DNA of 63,900 bases, counting the filler, from Vicugna vicugna (Eukaryota), in the NCBI GenBank assembly GCA_013265495.1. It is 81 parts of 79 records of this genome, joined end to end, with 100 filler letters (N's around TTAATTAATTAA, not from the genome) between each part and the next. Parts side by side here need not be neighbours in the genome. Positions count along the whole stretch, not along the records: positions 23,738 to 24,818 come from MU058011.1; positions 24,919 to 25,723 come from MU058015.1; positions 25,824 to 26,665 come from MU058019.1; positions 26,766 to 27,488 come from MU058020.1; positions 27,589 to 28,350 come from PNXW01002818.1; positions 28,451 to 28,905 come from PNXW01002819.1; positions 29,006 to 29,395 come from PNXW01002822.1; positions 29,496 to 29,934 come from PNXW01002823.1; 73 more parts are not named here. The stretch is one strand, 5' to 3'. The translations under genes and the position numbers were made by a program. The notes beneath the pieces were generated by a model. It was not told where the DNA came from and searched no databases. It worked only from the letters and a program-made list of their open reading frames with translations. Below are positions 23,738-36,192 of the stretch, piece after piece. Each line of letters opens with the position of its first letter. The stretch's first letter is position 1.

Positions 23738-24818
23738 CCCAGTGACAGAGGTTGCCTCCCCAAGTCAGGGAAGTTATTTCTCAGAATTCCCCCTAACAAG
23801 GAACACTTGTGACTGAAGAGAGCTGCCTGGAGTTGTCCCTCGAGCTCCTGACGCACTGACAATGTTTCCGGAATCCTGAGCGTGGGGAGGTTCCACCAAC
23901 TTTCGGCAGCGCGTGGGTTCTAACGGAATGCCTAAACTCGTCTCCCCTGAGGGTTTTCCTAATGTCTCTGAATGCTAGGTGGATTTGCAGGCAATCCCAG
24001 AGACAGTGGCTGCCTCCCCAAGTTCAGGGAAAGTATTTCTCGGACTTCCCCATTCAGGGAACATCTGTGACTGAAGAAAACTGCGTGGAGTTGTCTTTCG
24101 AGCTCCCCACGCACTGACAATGCTTCCGGAATCCTGAGAATGGGGAGGTTCCACCAACGGTCGGCAGCGCGTGGGTTCTAACGGAATGCTTAAGCTCGAC
24201 TCCCCTGGGTTTTTTCCTAATGTCTCTGTGCCAGGGAATGCTAGGGAGGTTTGCAGGCAATCCGAGTGACAGAGGCTGCCTCCCCAAGGTCAGGGAAGAT
24301 ATTTCTCAGAATTCCCCCTAACAGGGAACACCTGTGAGTGAGGAGAGCTGCGTGGAGTTGTCTCTCNNNNNNNNNNNNNNNNNNNNNNNNNNNNNNNNNN
24401 NNNNNNNNNNNNNNNNNNNNNNNNNNNNNNNNNNNNNNNNNNNNNNNNNNNNNNNNNNNNNNNNNNNNNNNNNNNNNNNNNNNNNNNNNNNNNNNNNNNN
24501 NNNNNNNNNNNNNNNNNNNNNNNNNNNNNNNNNNNNNNNNNNNNNNNNNNNNNNNNNNNNNNNNNNNNNNNNNNNNNNNNNNNNNNNNNNNNNNNNNNNN
24601 NNNNNNNNNNNNNNNNNNNNNNNNNNNNNNCTCGAGCTACGCACTGACAATTGTTCCGGAACCCTGAGGGTGGGGAGGTTCCACCAACGGTCGGCAGCGC
24701 GTGGGTTACAACGGAATGCCTGAGCTTCTCTCCAGTGAAGGTTTTTCTAATGTCTCTGGGCCAGGGAATGCTAGAGAGGTTTGCAGGAAATCCCAGTGAC
24801 AGAGGCTGCCTCCCCAAG
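23738..24818 (-). repeat. Satellite A
   Basis: Same monomer. Confidence 0.95.
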
Positions 24819-24918
24819 NNNNNNNNNNNNNNNNNNNNNNNNNNNNNNNNNNNNNNNNNNNNTTAATTAATTAANNNNNNNNNNNNNNNNNNNNNNNNNN
24901 NNNNNNNNNNNNNNNNNN

Positions 24919-25723
24919 GAATTCGCTACAAGAGGGTTTTTGTGGGATCAAAGTTTGATTCTTAAAGCTAGTGATAGGAAGATGCTGCGAAGTCAAAGTA
25001 AATATTTCAGAGTGCGTAGGTAACTTGTTTGGTTTTTGAAACATCACTCATGCGCTTTTCACAACTCAGAACTTCATGTTTGAGGAGTCCGTGATGCATG
25101 AAACATGTTCGTAATACGGAATGCCATGGTTATGTAAACAATGTAAATTACATGTGTATTAGGACGAATTCGATCCAAGAGTGTTTTCTGGTGCCAGATG
25201 TCCGATTTTAGAACCTGGTGGTAGAAAAATCTATGAAGTCAGAGTAAATAATTCTAAGTGTATATACGCATTGTTTGGTGGATGAAAGGTCAGTAATCCA
25301 CATGCTCACAAGTCAGAAATGCATGATTGCCGAATCCGTCATNNNNNNNNNNNNNNNNNNNNNNNNNNNNNNNNNNNNNNNNNNNNNNNNNNNNNNNNNN
25401 NNNNNNNNNNNNNNNNNNNNNNNNNNNNNNNNNNNNNNNNNNNNNNNTGCACGAATTCGAACCTGGTGTTAGGGAAAGCTTGTGAAAATGTGTACACGTG
25501 TCTAGATGAAAATATTCCTTTTATAGAGGATGAAAGATCAGTAATCCACATGCTCTCAACTCAGGAATGCATGTTTGTCGAATCGGTCATGTATGTAGCA
25601 TGTAAGGAACACGGAATATCATTTAGATGGAATTTATTTAAATTACATATCTCCAGGGTAGAATTGGTTCTAGGAGGCTTTCCTGGGATCAAAGTGTGAT
25701 TCTTGAAACTGGTGATAGGCAGA
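24919..25723 (+). repeat. Satellite D
   Basis: All three subunit types in canonical order. Confidence 0.92.
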
Positions 25724-26451
25724 NNNNNNNNNNNNNNNNNNNNNNNNNNNNNNNNNNNNNNNNNNNNTTAATTAATTAANNNNNNNNNNNNNNNNNNNNN
25801 NNNNNNNNNNNNNNNNNNNNNNNAATCAACACTATCCAGGTACATTTCACAGAAATGTGATCTTTGTTTGTATACAGCCTTGGTGGGAGTGATTGTCCGA
25901 AGACACCTTTTTTGACAGTGTGTTGATATCTCATTTGCAGTCTTTAAGAAGTTTAACAGAATTCATTTACATGTTTTGGGAGTATACGAAAATGAAGTTA
26001 TTTTTTGAAACACACTGTATCGACCTCGAAGCCAGACTTGTCAATTTTGGTAACATTTTGTCAGCTCTACGGAANNNNNNNNNNNNNNNNNNNNNNNNNN
26101 NNNNNNNNNNNNNNNNNNNNNNNNNNNNNNNNNNNNNNNNNNNNNNNNNNNNNNNNNNNNNNNNNNNNNNNNNNNNNNNNNNNNNNNNNNNNNNNNNNNN
26201 NNNNNNNNNNNNNNNNNNNNNNNNNNNNNNNNNNNNNNNNNNNNNNNNNNNNNNNNNNNNNNNNNNNNNNNNNNNNNNNNNNNNNNNNNNNNNNNNNNNN
26301 NNNNNNNNNNNNNNNNNNNNNNNNNNNNNNNNNNNNNNNNNNNNNNNNNNNNNNNNNNNNNNNNNNNNNNNNNNNNNNNNNNNNNNNNNNNNNNNNNNNN
26401 NNNNNNNNNNNNNNNNNNNNNNNNNNNNNNNNNNNNNNNNNNNNNNNNNNN

Positions 26452-26665
26452 ATCATGTTGGGTAAAGCCATTTAACGCAACCAAGTCTGCACCCCCATGA
26501 TATAGTGCCCCCGGGGGCTTGAATCAATTGAAAGACGATCCACAGAAGCTGTGTCTTTACTGTCATTGGCGACATTTACAGTACAGTTCACTTTCTGACA
26601 TGTACTATTTACCTATTCTTTCTTGAAAAACTGATGCCTAATACAGATTCAAGTTCAGTCAAAGA
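26452..26665. repeat. Multicopy unit G
   Basis: AACGCAACCAAGTCTGCACCCCCATGATATAGTGCCCCCGGGGGCTTGA shared with 57639-57690. Confidence 0.85.
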
Positions 26666-26765
26666 NNNNNNNNNNNNNNNNNNNNNNNNNNNNNNNNNNN
26701 NNNNNNNNNTTAATTAATTAANNNNNNNNNNNNNNNNNNNNNNNNNNNNNNNNNNNNNNNNNNNN

Positions 26766-27488
26766 TCCTGGGCCAGTACACTCGAGTGCCTGCTCCAACC
26801 CGTGTCTGCACACTCCTGAGACTGCACAGTCCTGGGTCTGCAAACCCCTTGGCCTGCACACTCCTAGGCCTGTTCCGTCTTGTGTCTGCACACCTCTGGG
26901 ACTGCACACTCCAGGGCCTGCACACACCTGGGCCGGCACGAACCTGGGCCGCTACACTCCTGGGCCTGCCCTGGCCTTGGCCTGCACCCTCCTCTGTCTG
27001 CACACTCCTGGGCCTGCACGCTCCTGGACCTTTCCTCTCCTGGGCGTGCCCCCAATTTTACTGGCCCTCTCCTGGACCTGCACACCTTTGGGCCTGCACC
27101 CTCCTCTGTCTGCACACTCCTGGGCCTGTACACTCCTGGGATTGCATACTCCTGTCTCTGCACACTCTGGTGTCTACACACCCCTAGGCCTGCACACTCC
27201 TGTGCCTGTACACTCCTGGGCCTGCCCTGGCCTGGGCCTGCACCCTACTGGGCTGGCACACTCCTCTGTCTGTACACTCTTGGGCCTGCACACTCCTGGA
27301 CCTGTACACTCCTGGACCTTCCCTGGCATGGGACTGCACACTCCTAGGCCTGTTCCCACCTGTGCTGGCACACACCTGGGAGAGCATACTCCTGTGCCTG
27401 CACACTCCTGGGCCTGCATGAACCTGGGCCTGTACACTCCTGGGCCTGCCCTGACCTGGGCCTGCACAATAATGGGCCTGCACACTCC
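26766..27488 (+). repeat. Minisatellite F, 16-bp unit TCCTGGGCCTGCACAC, about 45 degenerate copies
   Basis: 16-bp register across the scaffold. Confidence 0.92.
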
Positions 27489-27800
27489 NNNNNNNNNNNN
27501 NNNNNNNNNNNNNNNNNNNNNNNNNNNNNNNNTTAATTAATTAANNNNNNNNNNNNNNNNNNNNNNNNNNNNNNNNNNNNNNNNNNNNAGTGTACCAAGT
27601 AGTGGTTTCCTTTTGGGACAGACAAGAAGGATGATGAAGACAGAAATATGCAAGATACCAGTTATAAATTAGAGGAGCAACAGGGCTATATTTACAACAC
27701 AGAGAAATATTTTAATAATTTAAATGATTTTAAAGAGATTATAGGCATATATTTTAGTAAAATGTACATGTATTTGGGGAAAACAATGAAGGAAATAACC

Positions 27801-27859
27801 CAGGAAAATCAAAATATTTTGTAGTACTAACAGGAAAATCAAAATATTTTGTAGTACTA
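27801..27859. repeat. 30-bp tandem duplication
   Basis: CAGGAAAATCAAAATATTTTGTAGTACTA(A) twice. Confidence 0.9.
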
Positions 27860-28450
27860 TGACATTAAGCGAGGTGATTTATTCACTTTCTTTACTTTTC
27901 TTATAATGTCCTAATTAGAATTTAAGCTTTTAAATGAAAAAGTTTATTCTGTGAAAAAAGTGACATAAGTTTAAACAATTTTTGTCTCTCCCCTTAAATC
28001 TACAGTAAGTAAAACATTCATATCTCAACAAAAATAACTAGAACACAAAACAATACTCCAGAACGCATGTGTAAAGCTGAAGTTTGGTGGGCTAAAACAC
28101 ACAACGGAGGCTCAAATGAGGGAATAGCAGATTAGGTGCCTACAACCAAGGCCCAATTACTAGAGTATCTGAGCCCACAGGCTCAGAGATCCCAGTAGGA
28201 ACAGAGTCTCAGTGGTTCACACAGCTTCGGCCTCCAAATGCACCAGCACTCATGGTCACAAGTAACTAGGAGGGAGCAACAATGGAGACAGAAATTCCAT
28301 CTTTTGGACACTCAGACATTCATGACACTGTCCTAACTCCCCATTCATATNNNNNNNNNNNNNNNNNNNNNNNNNNNNNNNNNNNNNNNNNNNNTTAATT
28401 AATTAANNNNNNNNNNNNNNNNNNNNNNNNNNNNNNNNNNNNNNNNNNNN

Positions 28451-28905
28451 AATGTACAACGCAGCATGTAGAATATGGAAAACAGAATACAGAACGGAGA
28501 ACTTATAATATGGAAAGCAGAACACAGAGTTTAGAATATAGAATACATAGTACTGAATATAGAATTTAGAATATAGAATGTAGAACACAGAATAATTTAG
28601 ATTATAGAACACAGAATGCTGAATATATTATTTAGAATATCGAATGTTGAACACAGAATATAGAAAATAGAATAGAGAATATAGAACCCAGAATTTAGAA
28701 CATGGAATTTATTACACAGAATTTAGAATATAGAATACAGAATACTGAGTATCGAACTTAGAATAAAGAATGCAGAACTCAGAATATAGAATATAGAATA
28801 CGGAATGTAGAATATAGAATAAAGAATATAGAACGTAGAACACAGTATTTAGAATATAGAATGTATAACACTGAATATAGAATTTAGAATATAGAATGTA
28901 GAACA
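28451..28905 (-). repeat. Satellite E
   Basis: (TATAGAA)n-type repeat. Confidence 0.92.
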
Positions 28906-30034
28906 NNNNNNNNNNNNNNNNNNNNNNNNNNNNNNNNNNNNNNNNNNNNTTAATTAATTAANNNNNNNNNNNNNNNNNNNNNNNNNNNNNNNNNNNNNNN
29001 NNNNNGTTTTCTAGGATATAATAAAGCAATGCTTGAGTTATAAGACAGAGAAACCCCTGGATATGAATCAGCGGCACCAATCAGTGGGTGCACATGCGTG
29101 CACACACACGCCCATGCACACGGAGCAGCCTTGGAGACACTCCATCTGTGCTGATGGAGCAAATTCATGCTGGGGAGATGAGGAAAATGTGCCTAATACA
29201 ATCAAACTATGACACCTGGGTAATGGGTCATAGGAGTCAATATTGAATTTTCTGGTTTGCTGAAGGTCAAACAAGAACACTTTAATTTCAAACGTCATTG
29301 ATAAAAATTTCCTTAAAGCACAGAAGCCAGTTTTTCTGCCTTGCTTAGTTTCATATGGCATATTAAACATGACAGATTCATACTTCTCTGACTGTNNNNN
29401 NNNNNNNNNNNNNNNNNNNNNNNNNNNNNNNNNNNNNNNTTAATTAATTAANNNNNNNNNNNNNNNNNNNNNNNNNNNNNNNNNNNNNNNNNNNNTTTTA
29501 TCTTTGAGGTCCCCAAGTGTTGGATGTGTGATTGCCCTTCTTGCTCTCGACGAAATAAAAACTGAGTATGGTTCAGGGAAAATGCTATTTCATTCTAAGA
29601 GGCTGCCTGCTTCTCAGGAATGGTCATCTTAAACTGCAAACATTACAAAAATGTTGAAAAGAAGAACTTGTGTACCCAATGACCCACTATTTTCTATAAA
29701 TTTGGTTGCTATTTAGTTCCCCTATCAATACCACAGAACCGATACTGCCTAGGATGGAGATACATCGATGCTTACATGGAAATGAAATCTGTATCTTTTT
29801 CCTAAACTCCATGGCTTCCAATCTTTATCCTCCATGGATTCCTTAACATCCCATTCCCCTTGAAATTTAGGGGTGTCCGGTATAAGAAATGAGAAACAGC
29901 TTGAGAAAATCCCGGCTCAGAATTACACAGCACANNNNNNNNNNNNNNNNNNNNNNNNNNNNNNNNNNNNNNNNNNNNTTAATTAATTAANNNNNNNNNN
30001 NNNNNNNNNNNNNNNNNNNNNNNNNNNNNNNNNN

Positions 30035-30974
30035 TGAAAGCCGTCCTTCAACTAGCTTGAAGGGAACTCAAAGTTTCTTGGCAGTTGCAAAATCCAACCC
30101 ATATATATATATGGGGAGGAACGAGCTTCTACTGGGTTTTACAGTGAAAAAGGCAGGCACATTAAACTGGCACTAGGAAACATACTGAGAAACCAGAGTA
30201 AGTGTTTCTCCTACAATCCGTTCCCTTTGTGCTGTATGAACGAACGTCTCTCCACATGCTCAGTTCTGAGATATAAGTGTGTGTGAAAGGCTTCCATCAC
30301 CTAGCTTGAAGGGTACACAAACTTTCTTGTCACTTGCAAACTCCACTCCTTACATATATATGTTGAAGTACAAGCTCCAACTCGGTTTTTCAGTGAAAAC
30401 GGCAGACACTTCAAACCGGCACAATGAAACTGACTGAGAAACCAGAGGCATTGTCTTCCCTGCAAACCGTTCCCTTTGTGCTGGATGAATGAAATTCTCT
30501 CCACATGCTCAGTTCTGAGAGATAAGTGTCTGTGAAAGCCGTCCTTCACCAAGCTTTAAGGGAACACAAACATTCTTTTCATTAGACAACTACCATTCAT
30601 ACATATATATGGGGAGGTACAAGCTCCAACTCGGTTTTTCAGTGAAAAAGGCAGGCACTTCTAAACGACAGTAGGTAACAGACTGAGAAACGAGTCAGTG
30701 TTTCTCCTGTAACCCGTCCACATTTGCCTGGATGAACGAACGTCTCTCCACATGCTCAGTTCTGAGAGATAAGTGTGTGTGAAAGCCGTCCTTCACCTAG
30801 CTTGAAAGGAACACGTAGTTTCTTGTCATTTGCAAACTCCAATCCATACATATATATGGGGAGGTATAATTTCCAACTCGGTTTTACAGTGAAAAAGGCA
30901 GGCACTTCAAACAGGCACTAAGAAAAAGTCTGAGAAACCAGATTAAGCGTTTCTCCTGCAACCCGTTCCCTTTG
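30035..30974 (+). repeat. Satellite C
   Basis: TGAAAG anchor at 30035, 30284, 30533 and 30780. Confidence 0.95.
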
Positions 30975-31074
30975 NNNNNNNNNNNNNNNNNNNNNNNNNN
31001 NNNNNNNNNNNNNNNNNNTTAATTAATTAANNNNNNNNNNNNNNNNNNNNNNNNNNNNNNNNNNNNNNNNNNNN

Positions 31075-31576
31075 CAGAAGTTATGCCATATTTACACAAT
31101 GGAATAATATTCTGTAATAAAAAATAATAAAACAATTACAATTGTAGCAAAATTGATTTCTCCAAAAAGTGTCATTCTAATTGAAATAAGCCAGAAAAAG
31201 AAAGAAATATAATACATGACATTACATATAAAGAAGCTTAAAATAATATTTGGATAAGAACACTATGATTTCATCTACAAAACTGAAATACACTCGCAGA
31301 TCTACTAAACAATTTTATGAAAACTATGGAAAGGGGCTGCGAGAGGATATATTTGGGAGCTGTATATTTATAAATGTTATCCACTATATATAAAAATAGA
31401 AGTTTTCAAAATTTTTTTGTATGACACAGAGCAGCATGTTAAATATTGTGAAGTAGAGTTTTATAGGCACAGAAATATATGCATGTATGGGGACACTATG
31501 CTATACATAACAGATTGAAACAATGTAAATGGGATATTTCAATGATAAATAAATGAATAAATATGTAAATAAATAA
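31075..31576 (+). mobile_element. L1 ORF2 C-terminus and 3' UTR, degenerate
   Basis: TATTTACACAATGGAATAATATTC...GTCATTCTAATTGAAATAAGCCAGAAAAAG; A-rich tail. Confidence 0.75.
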
Positions 31577-32028
31577 NNNNNNNNNNNNNNNNNNNNNNNN
31601 NNNNNNNNNNNNNNNNNNNNTTAATTAATTAANNNNNNNNNNNNNNNNNNNNNNNNNNNNNNNNNNNNNNNNNNNNCTAACCATTCAGAGAGCTCTCTGT
31701 TCTTAGGAGATTTGTAATCTCGGTGGAAAGGCAGAGAAAGGGGTTAATGAGGTCTATAAATTAAGTTAAAGCACCCCCAAGTGATATCCTTTCTGGTGAG
31801 AAAGGCTGGGGTGGTTAACATCATTAAGGGAAATTAACTACTTTCTCAGACTGTGAAGACAGAGTGAATAAAAACGTTACTGTAAGCAGGGGCTCTTTTG
31901 TTACAGGATCCATTCATTAGGGGGTAGGNNNNNNNNNNNNNNNNNNNNNNNNNNNNNNNNNNNNNNNNNNNNTTAATTAATTAANNNNNNNNNNNNNNNN
32001 NNNNNNNNNNNNNNNNNNNNNNNNNNNN

Positions 32029-32608
32029 GACACTAATTTCATTTCCTTTGTGTATACATCCAGAAGTAAGATTGCTGGATCATATAGTCGTTCAAATTTT
32101 AATTGTTGGAGGAAACTCCGCACTGTTTTCCATAGTGGCTGCACCAGCATGTCTTCCCACCCACATTGTACGAGAATTCCCTTCTCTCTAGATCTTTGCT
32201 GACATCTGTTATCTCTTGTCTTTTTGATGATAACCAATCTTCTAATAGGTATGAGGTAACAATACTTTATTGTGGTTTTAATTTGCATTTTCCTGATAGT
32301 TAATGATGTTGAGTATCTTTTCATAGACCTACTGGCCATTCACAATCTTCTTTTGAGGAATGTCTTTTCAAGTCCTTTGTCCATCTCTTAATTGACCTAT
32401 TTGTTGCTTTGCTATGGAGTTGTAGGAGTTCTCCATATATTTTAGACATTAACCTCTTATCTGATACATGTTGTGTAAATATTTTTTTTTCCGATTCCAT
32501 TGATTGACTTTTCATGTGTTGGTTGCTTCCTTTGTTGGGAAGAAACTTTCTGGTTTGGTGCAATTTTGTTTATTTTTCTTGTTGTTTCCTGTCCCTTTGG
32601 TGTTATAT
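32029..32608 (-). mobile_element. L1 ORF2 fragment
   Basis: MKRYSTSLTIRKMQIKTT...LVQPLWKTV...YDPAILLL motifs, frameshifted. Confidence 0.9.
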
Positions 32609-32708
32609 NNNNNNNNNNNNNNNNNNNNNNNNNNNNNNNNNNNNNNNNNNNNTTAATTAATTAANNNNNNNNNNNNNNNNNNNNNNNNNNNNNNNNNNNN
32701 NNNNNNNN

Positions 32709-33254
32709 GCTGCCGATCGTTGGTGGAACCTCCCCACGCTCAGTATTCTGGAAAAATTTTCATTGCGTGGAGGACCTCGAGAGAAAACTCCACGCAGCTC
32801 CCTTCAGTCACAGTTGTTCCCTGTTCGGGGAAGTCCGAGAACTAACTTCCCTGTCCTTGGAGAATCAGCCTCTGTCCCTGGGATATCCTGCAAACCCCCT
32901 AGCATTCCCTGGCATAGAGACAGTAGGAAAACCCTCAGGGGAGACGAGCTTAGGCTTTCCGTTAGGACCCACGCGCTGCCGACCGTTGGTGGAACCTCCC
33001 CACGCTTAGGATTCCGGAACATTTGTCAGTGCGTGAGGGATCTCGAGAGATAACTCCACGCAGCTCTCTACAGTCACTTGTGTTCCCTGTTCGGGGAAGT
33101 CCGAGAAATAACTTCCCTGTCCTTGGAGAATCAGCCTCTGTCCCTGGGATATCCTGCAAACCCCCCTAGCATTCCCTGGCACAGAGACATTAGGAAAACA
33201 CTCAGGGGAGACGAGCTTAGGCTTTCCATAAGAACCCACGCGCTGCCGACCGTT
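32709..33254 (+). repeat. Satellite A
   Basis: GCTGCCGA at 32709, 32975 and 33242. Confidence 0.95.
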
Positions 33255-34892
33255 NNNNNNNNNNNNNNNNNNNNNNNNNNNNNNNNNNNNNNNNNNNNTT
33301 AATTAATTAANNNNNNNNNNNNNNNNNNNNNNNNNNNNNNNNNNNNNNNNNNNNAGATGAGCCCACGTTGAGGAGGCAGGAGTACTCACACGTCAACCCC
33401 CAAGACTGGCCCCAATCTCGTGACCCTGGGGTCTCCTGCCCTGCTCCAGGAGAGGGTGCTGGCTGTGTGCCGCCTGCTCACACCCATGGGAGGGGGGCAG
33501 CTCCTGGCCCAGGTGAGCGGGGATGCAGCAGAGCTCTCCTGGCCTCAAGAAGCCAGCACCGCCCATTCTGGACTTACCCCCGCGTGTATCCTGGGAAGTT
33601 CTGCCTGGGCCCAGCTGGCCAGCTGCACAAGGTCGGTCACTCCTCTGCCGTCCCCTCCTGGGGTCCTTCCTGACAGGCCTTGTTGGCAGAGTAAGAGCTG
33701 GGAGTGGGTGGCATCTGTGTTAAGGCACTCTGAACATCTTCTTTCTTTTGTAATTGTCAGGCAGTGACTTCATGTAGTTGATATTTCTGAGTAATGTATG
33801 AAAAAAGAAAAGATAAACCTTCACAAATCCTGTTCGTCGAGTCAGAGGTCCTATTAAGAATGAGAGAAAAAAAAAATCTTGAGAATAAAAATTGAATTCA
33901 AACCCCAGGAATATGCTACTTTATAGTATAATGTGCAAATATCTGACTTTCTNNNNNNNNNNNNNNNNNNNNNNNNNNNNNNNNNNNNNNNNNNNNTTAA
34001 TTAATTAANNNNNNNNNNNNNNNNNNNNNNNNNNNNNNNNNNNNNNNNNNNNGGGCCGTGGGGGATGCAGGGCTCCGAGCCCTGGAGGAGTCATCAGTGC
34101 TGGCACTTCTCCAAGAAACCTGACTTTAAAGGGAAGAAGAAAGAGTAGAAAGTATCAGAGAGCAACACAGGGCTTTGAGAGGGTTGGGCGAGGGTTAGTT
34201 TTGTTTTACAGTGGGCGTTTCTGGCCTTGATGAGTTCCTAGGCCTTTGCTGTTATTGGTCTTTGTTCCAAAAGCTTTTTAGAAAGTTCTTCTCATTTGAA
34301 TATCTGAACAGATTAAATCATGTTGGGTTATTTCTGGTATTTTATTTTTTAATTAATAAATTATCTGGAATTTATTTTAATATCAAAAGTGGGGACACTG
34401 TGCCAGGTCTTCCAATGATTTAGCTAATTACTCCAGTACTTGAATCCACTGATTTGAAGTGTCAGTTTTATAATATTACTAAAATCTCAAATATATCCAC
34501 GTCTATTCTTGAAATGCATTGTATTACATTCATACTCTCAGTGCACTATTTCTATACTTTTTCCACGACCATAGATTAATGCCTCCTAGAGTTGGTCCTA
34601 TTTAATCTTTTTCCAGAATATCCCTAAATGCAAATTCAAACTTCCCTCCTCATTATTTTATTTGTATATTTGTGTATATTTCTGGAAGAACAATATGATC
34701 ACCTTTCAGATATTTTTCTAAAATCCATTCGGGATTATTAACTAAAATTGCATTCAGATTCTAAATTTACTTTGGAGAAATAATGTTCTATGNNNNNNNN
34801 NNNNNNNNNNNNNNNNNNNNNNNNNNNNNNNNNNNNTTAATTAATTAANNNNNNNNNNNNNNNNNNNNNNNNNNNNNNNNNNNNNNNNNNNN

Positions 34893-35339
34893 CAAAGTCT
34901 CTGAACCTCACCTCTCACAGGAGTAGAACGGCCACAGTAGATAACTCTTCGCATTGCAGGTTGAGAACAAAATAAAGCCGCCCTACAACAGGCCCTCCCA
35001 GAGACAGCATCAGCAGTCTTCTGCACACTCACGGTTGTGCAGCCCTCACCACCATCTATTTCCAGAACACTTCATCACCCCAAAACAATCCCCCTGTCAT
35101 TAGCAGTCACTCCCTAACACCCCTCCACCAAGCCTCTTCCAACCATCACCTACTCTCTGCCTCTGCATGTGCCTATTTTGGGCATTTCAGATCACTGAAA
35201 TCAACAATATGTGGCCCTTTGTGTCTGATTCCTTTCACTTAACATGCTGTTACCAAGGTTTGTCCATTTTGAAGTGGTATCAGTATCATTCTCCTTTATT
35301 TTTTTTGAAAACGTTAAAGATTATTAGAAGGTGGTAATT
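34893..35339 (+). repeat. Duplicated segment (paralogue at 55521-55987) containing an old antisense L1 tail
   Basis: Colinear near-identity over about 450 bp, including non-TE sequence. Confidence 0.9.
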
Positions 35340-35439
35340 NNNNNNNNNNNNNNNNNNNNNNNNNNNNNNNNNNNNNNNNNNNNTTAATTAATTAANNNNN
35401 NNNNNNNNNNNNNNNNNNNNNNNNNNNNNNNNNNNNNNN

Positions 35440-35615
35440 TTGCCTCTGTACTACTAAGTGGCTGAGTGACTTTGGGTAAGTCATCTAATCTCTCTGTGCC
35501 TAGGATTCCAAATGCTATAAGTGGAGACAATAATCTTCTCACTAATTCCTTTGTGAGGATTAAACATGCAGTGATGTAAAAGTGAGCACTAAACTATAAT
35601 TGAGTGTTACTTATG
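35440..35615 (+). mobile_element. MIR SINE fragment
   Basis: GTGACTTTGGGTAAGTCATCTAATCTCTCTGTGCCT...TTGTGAGGATTAAA core. Confidence 0.75.
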
Positions 35616-35751
35616 ATTATTTTTAAATCTGTTGATTTATGTTCTATCCTATCTCTGAAGAATTTATGAGGCTGGTTTCATCCAAAGACTTAAAAATGAA
35701 AAAAAAATTTAAATCACAAATAGATATAAATAAATAGAATATTTAAAAAAA

Positions 35752-36078
35752 GGAGTGGAGGTATCAAGATGGCTCACAAAGCCTCTCCCACAAATACACC
35801 AAGAATTACATCTACAAATCCACTGAATCACACAGAACACCTGCTGAACTCTGGCAAAGTGTCCCTCACTTTAAAATACGGGAGGATTCTCACAAAATCT
35901 GATAAACAACAAGTCCATACTGTATAGCACAGGGAACTCTATTCAATATCTTGTAGTAACTTATGGTGAAAAATAATATGGAAATGATATATGCATGTTC
36001 ATATGTGACTAAAATATTATGCTGTACACCAGAAACTGACACTATATTGCAAACTGACTATACTTCAATTTAAAAAAA
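35752..36078 (+). mobile_element. Bipartite L1 derivative: 5' UTR head fused to 3' UTR tail (putative spliced retrocopy)
   Basis: 35752-35901 aligns to the L1 head (22502-22342, minus strand); 35902-36078 is an L1 tail; junction AAAATCTG/ATAAACAACAAG. Confidence 0.75.
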
Positions 36079-36192
36079 TGCAAATATATATANNNNNNNN
36101 NNNNNNNNNNNNNNNNNNNNNNNNNNNNNNNNNNNNTTAATTAATTAANNNNNNNNNNNNNNNNNNNNNNNNNNNNNNNNNNNNNNNNNNNN

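Noticed and set aside
26710..27540. Cluster of overlapping Cys/His/Pro-rich ORFs on both strands
   Set aside because: Consequence of a stop-poor 16-bp minisatellite
29496..29934. Possible ERV LTR pieces (also 31677-31928 and 6338-6450)
   Set aside because: Only generic TATA and AATAAA-like words; no termini or primer-binding site visible
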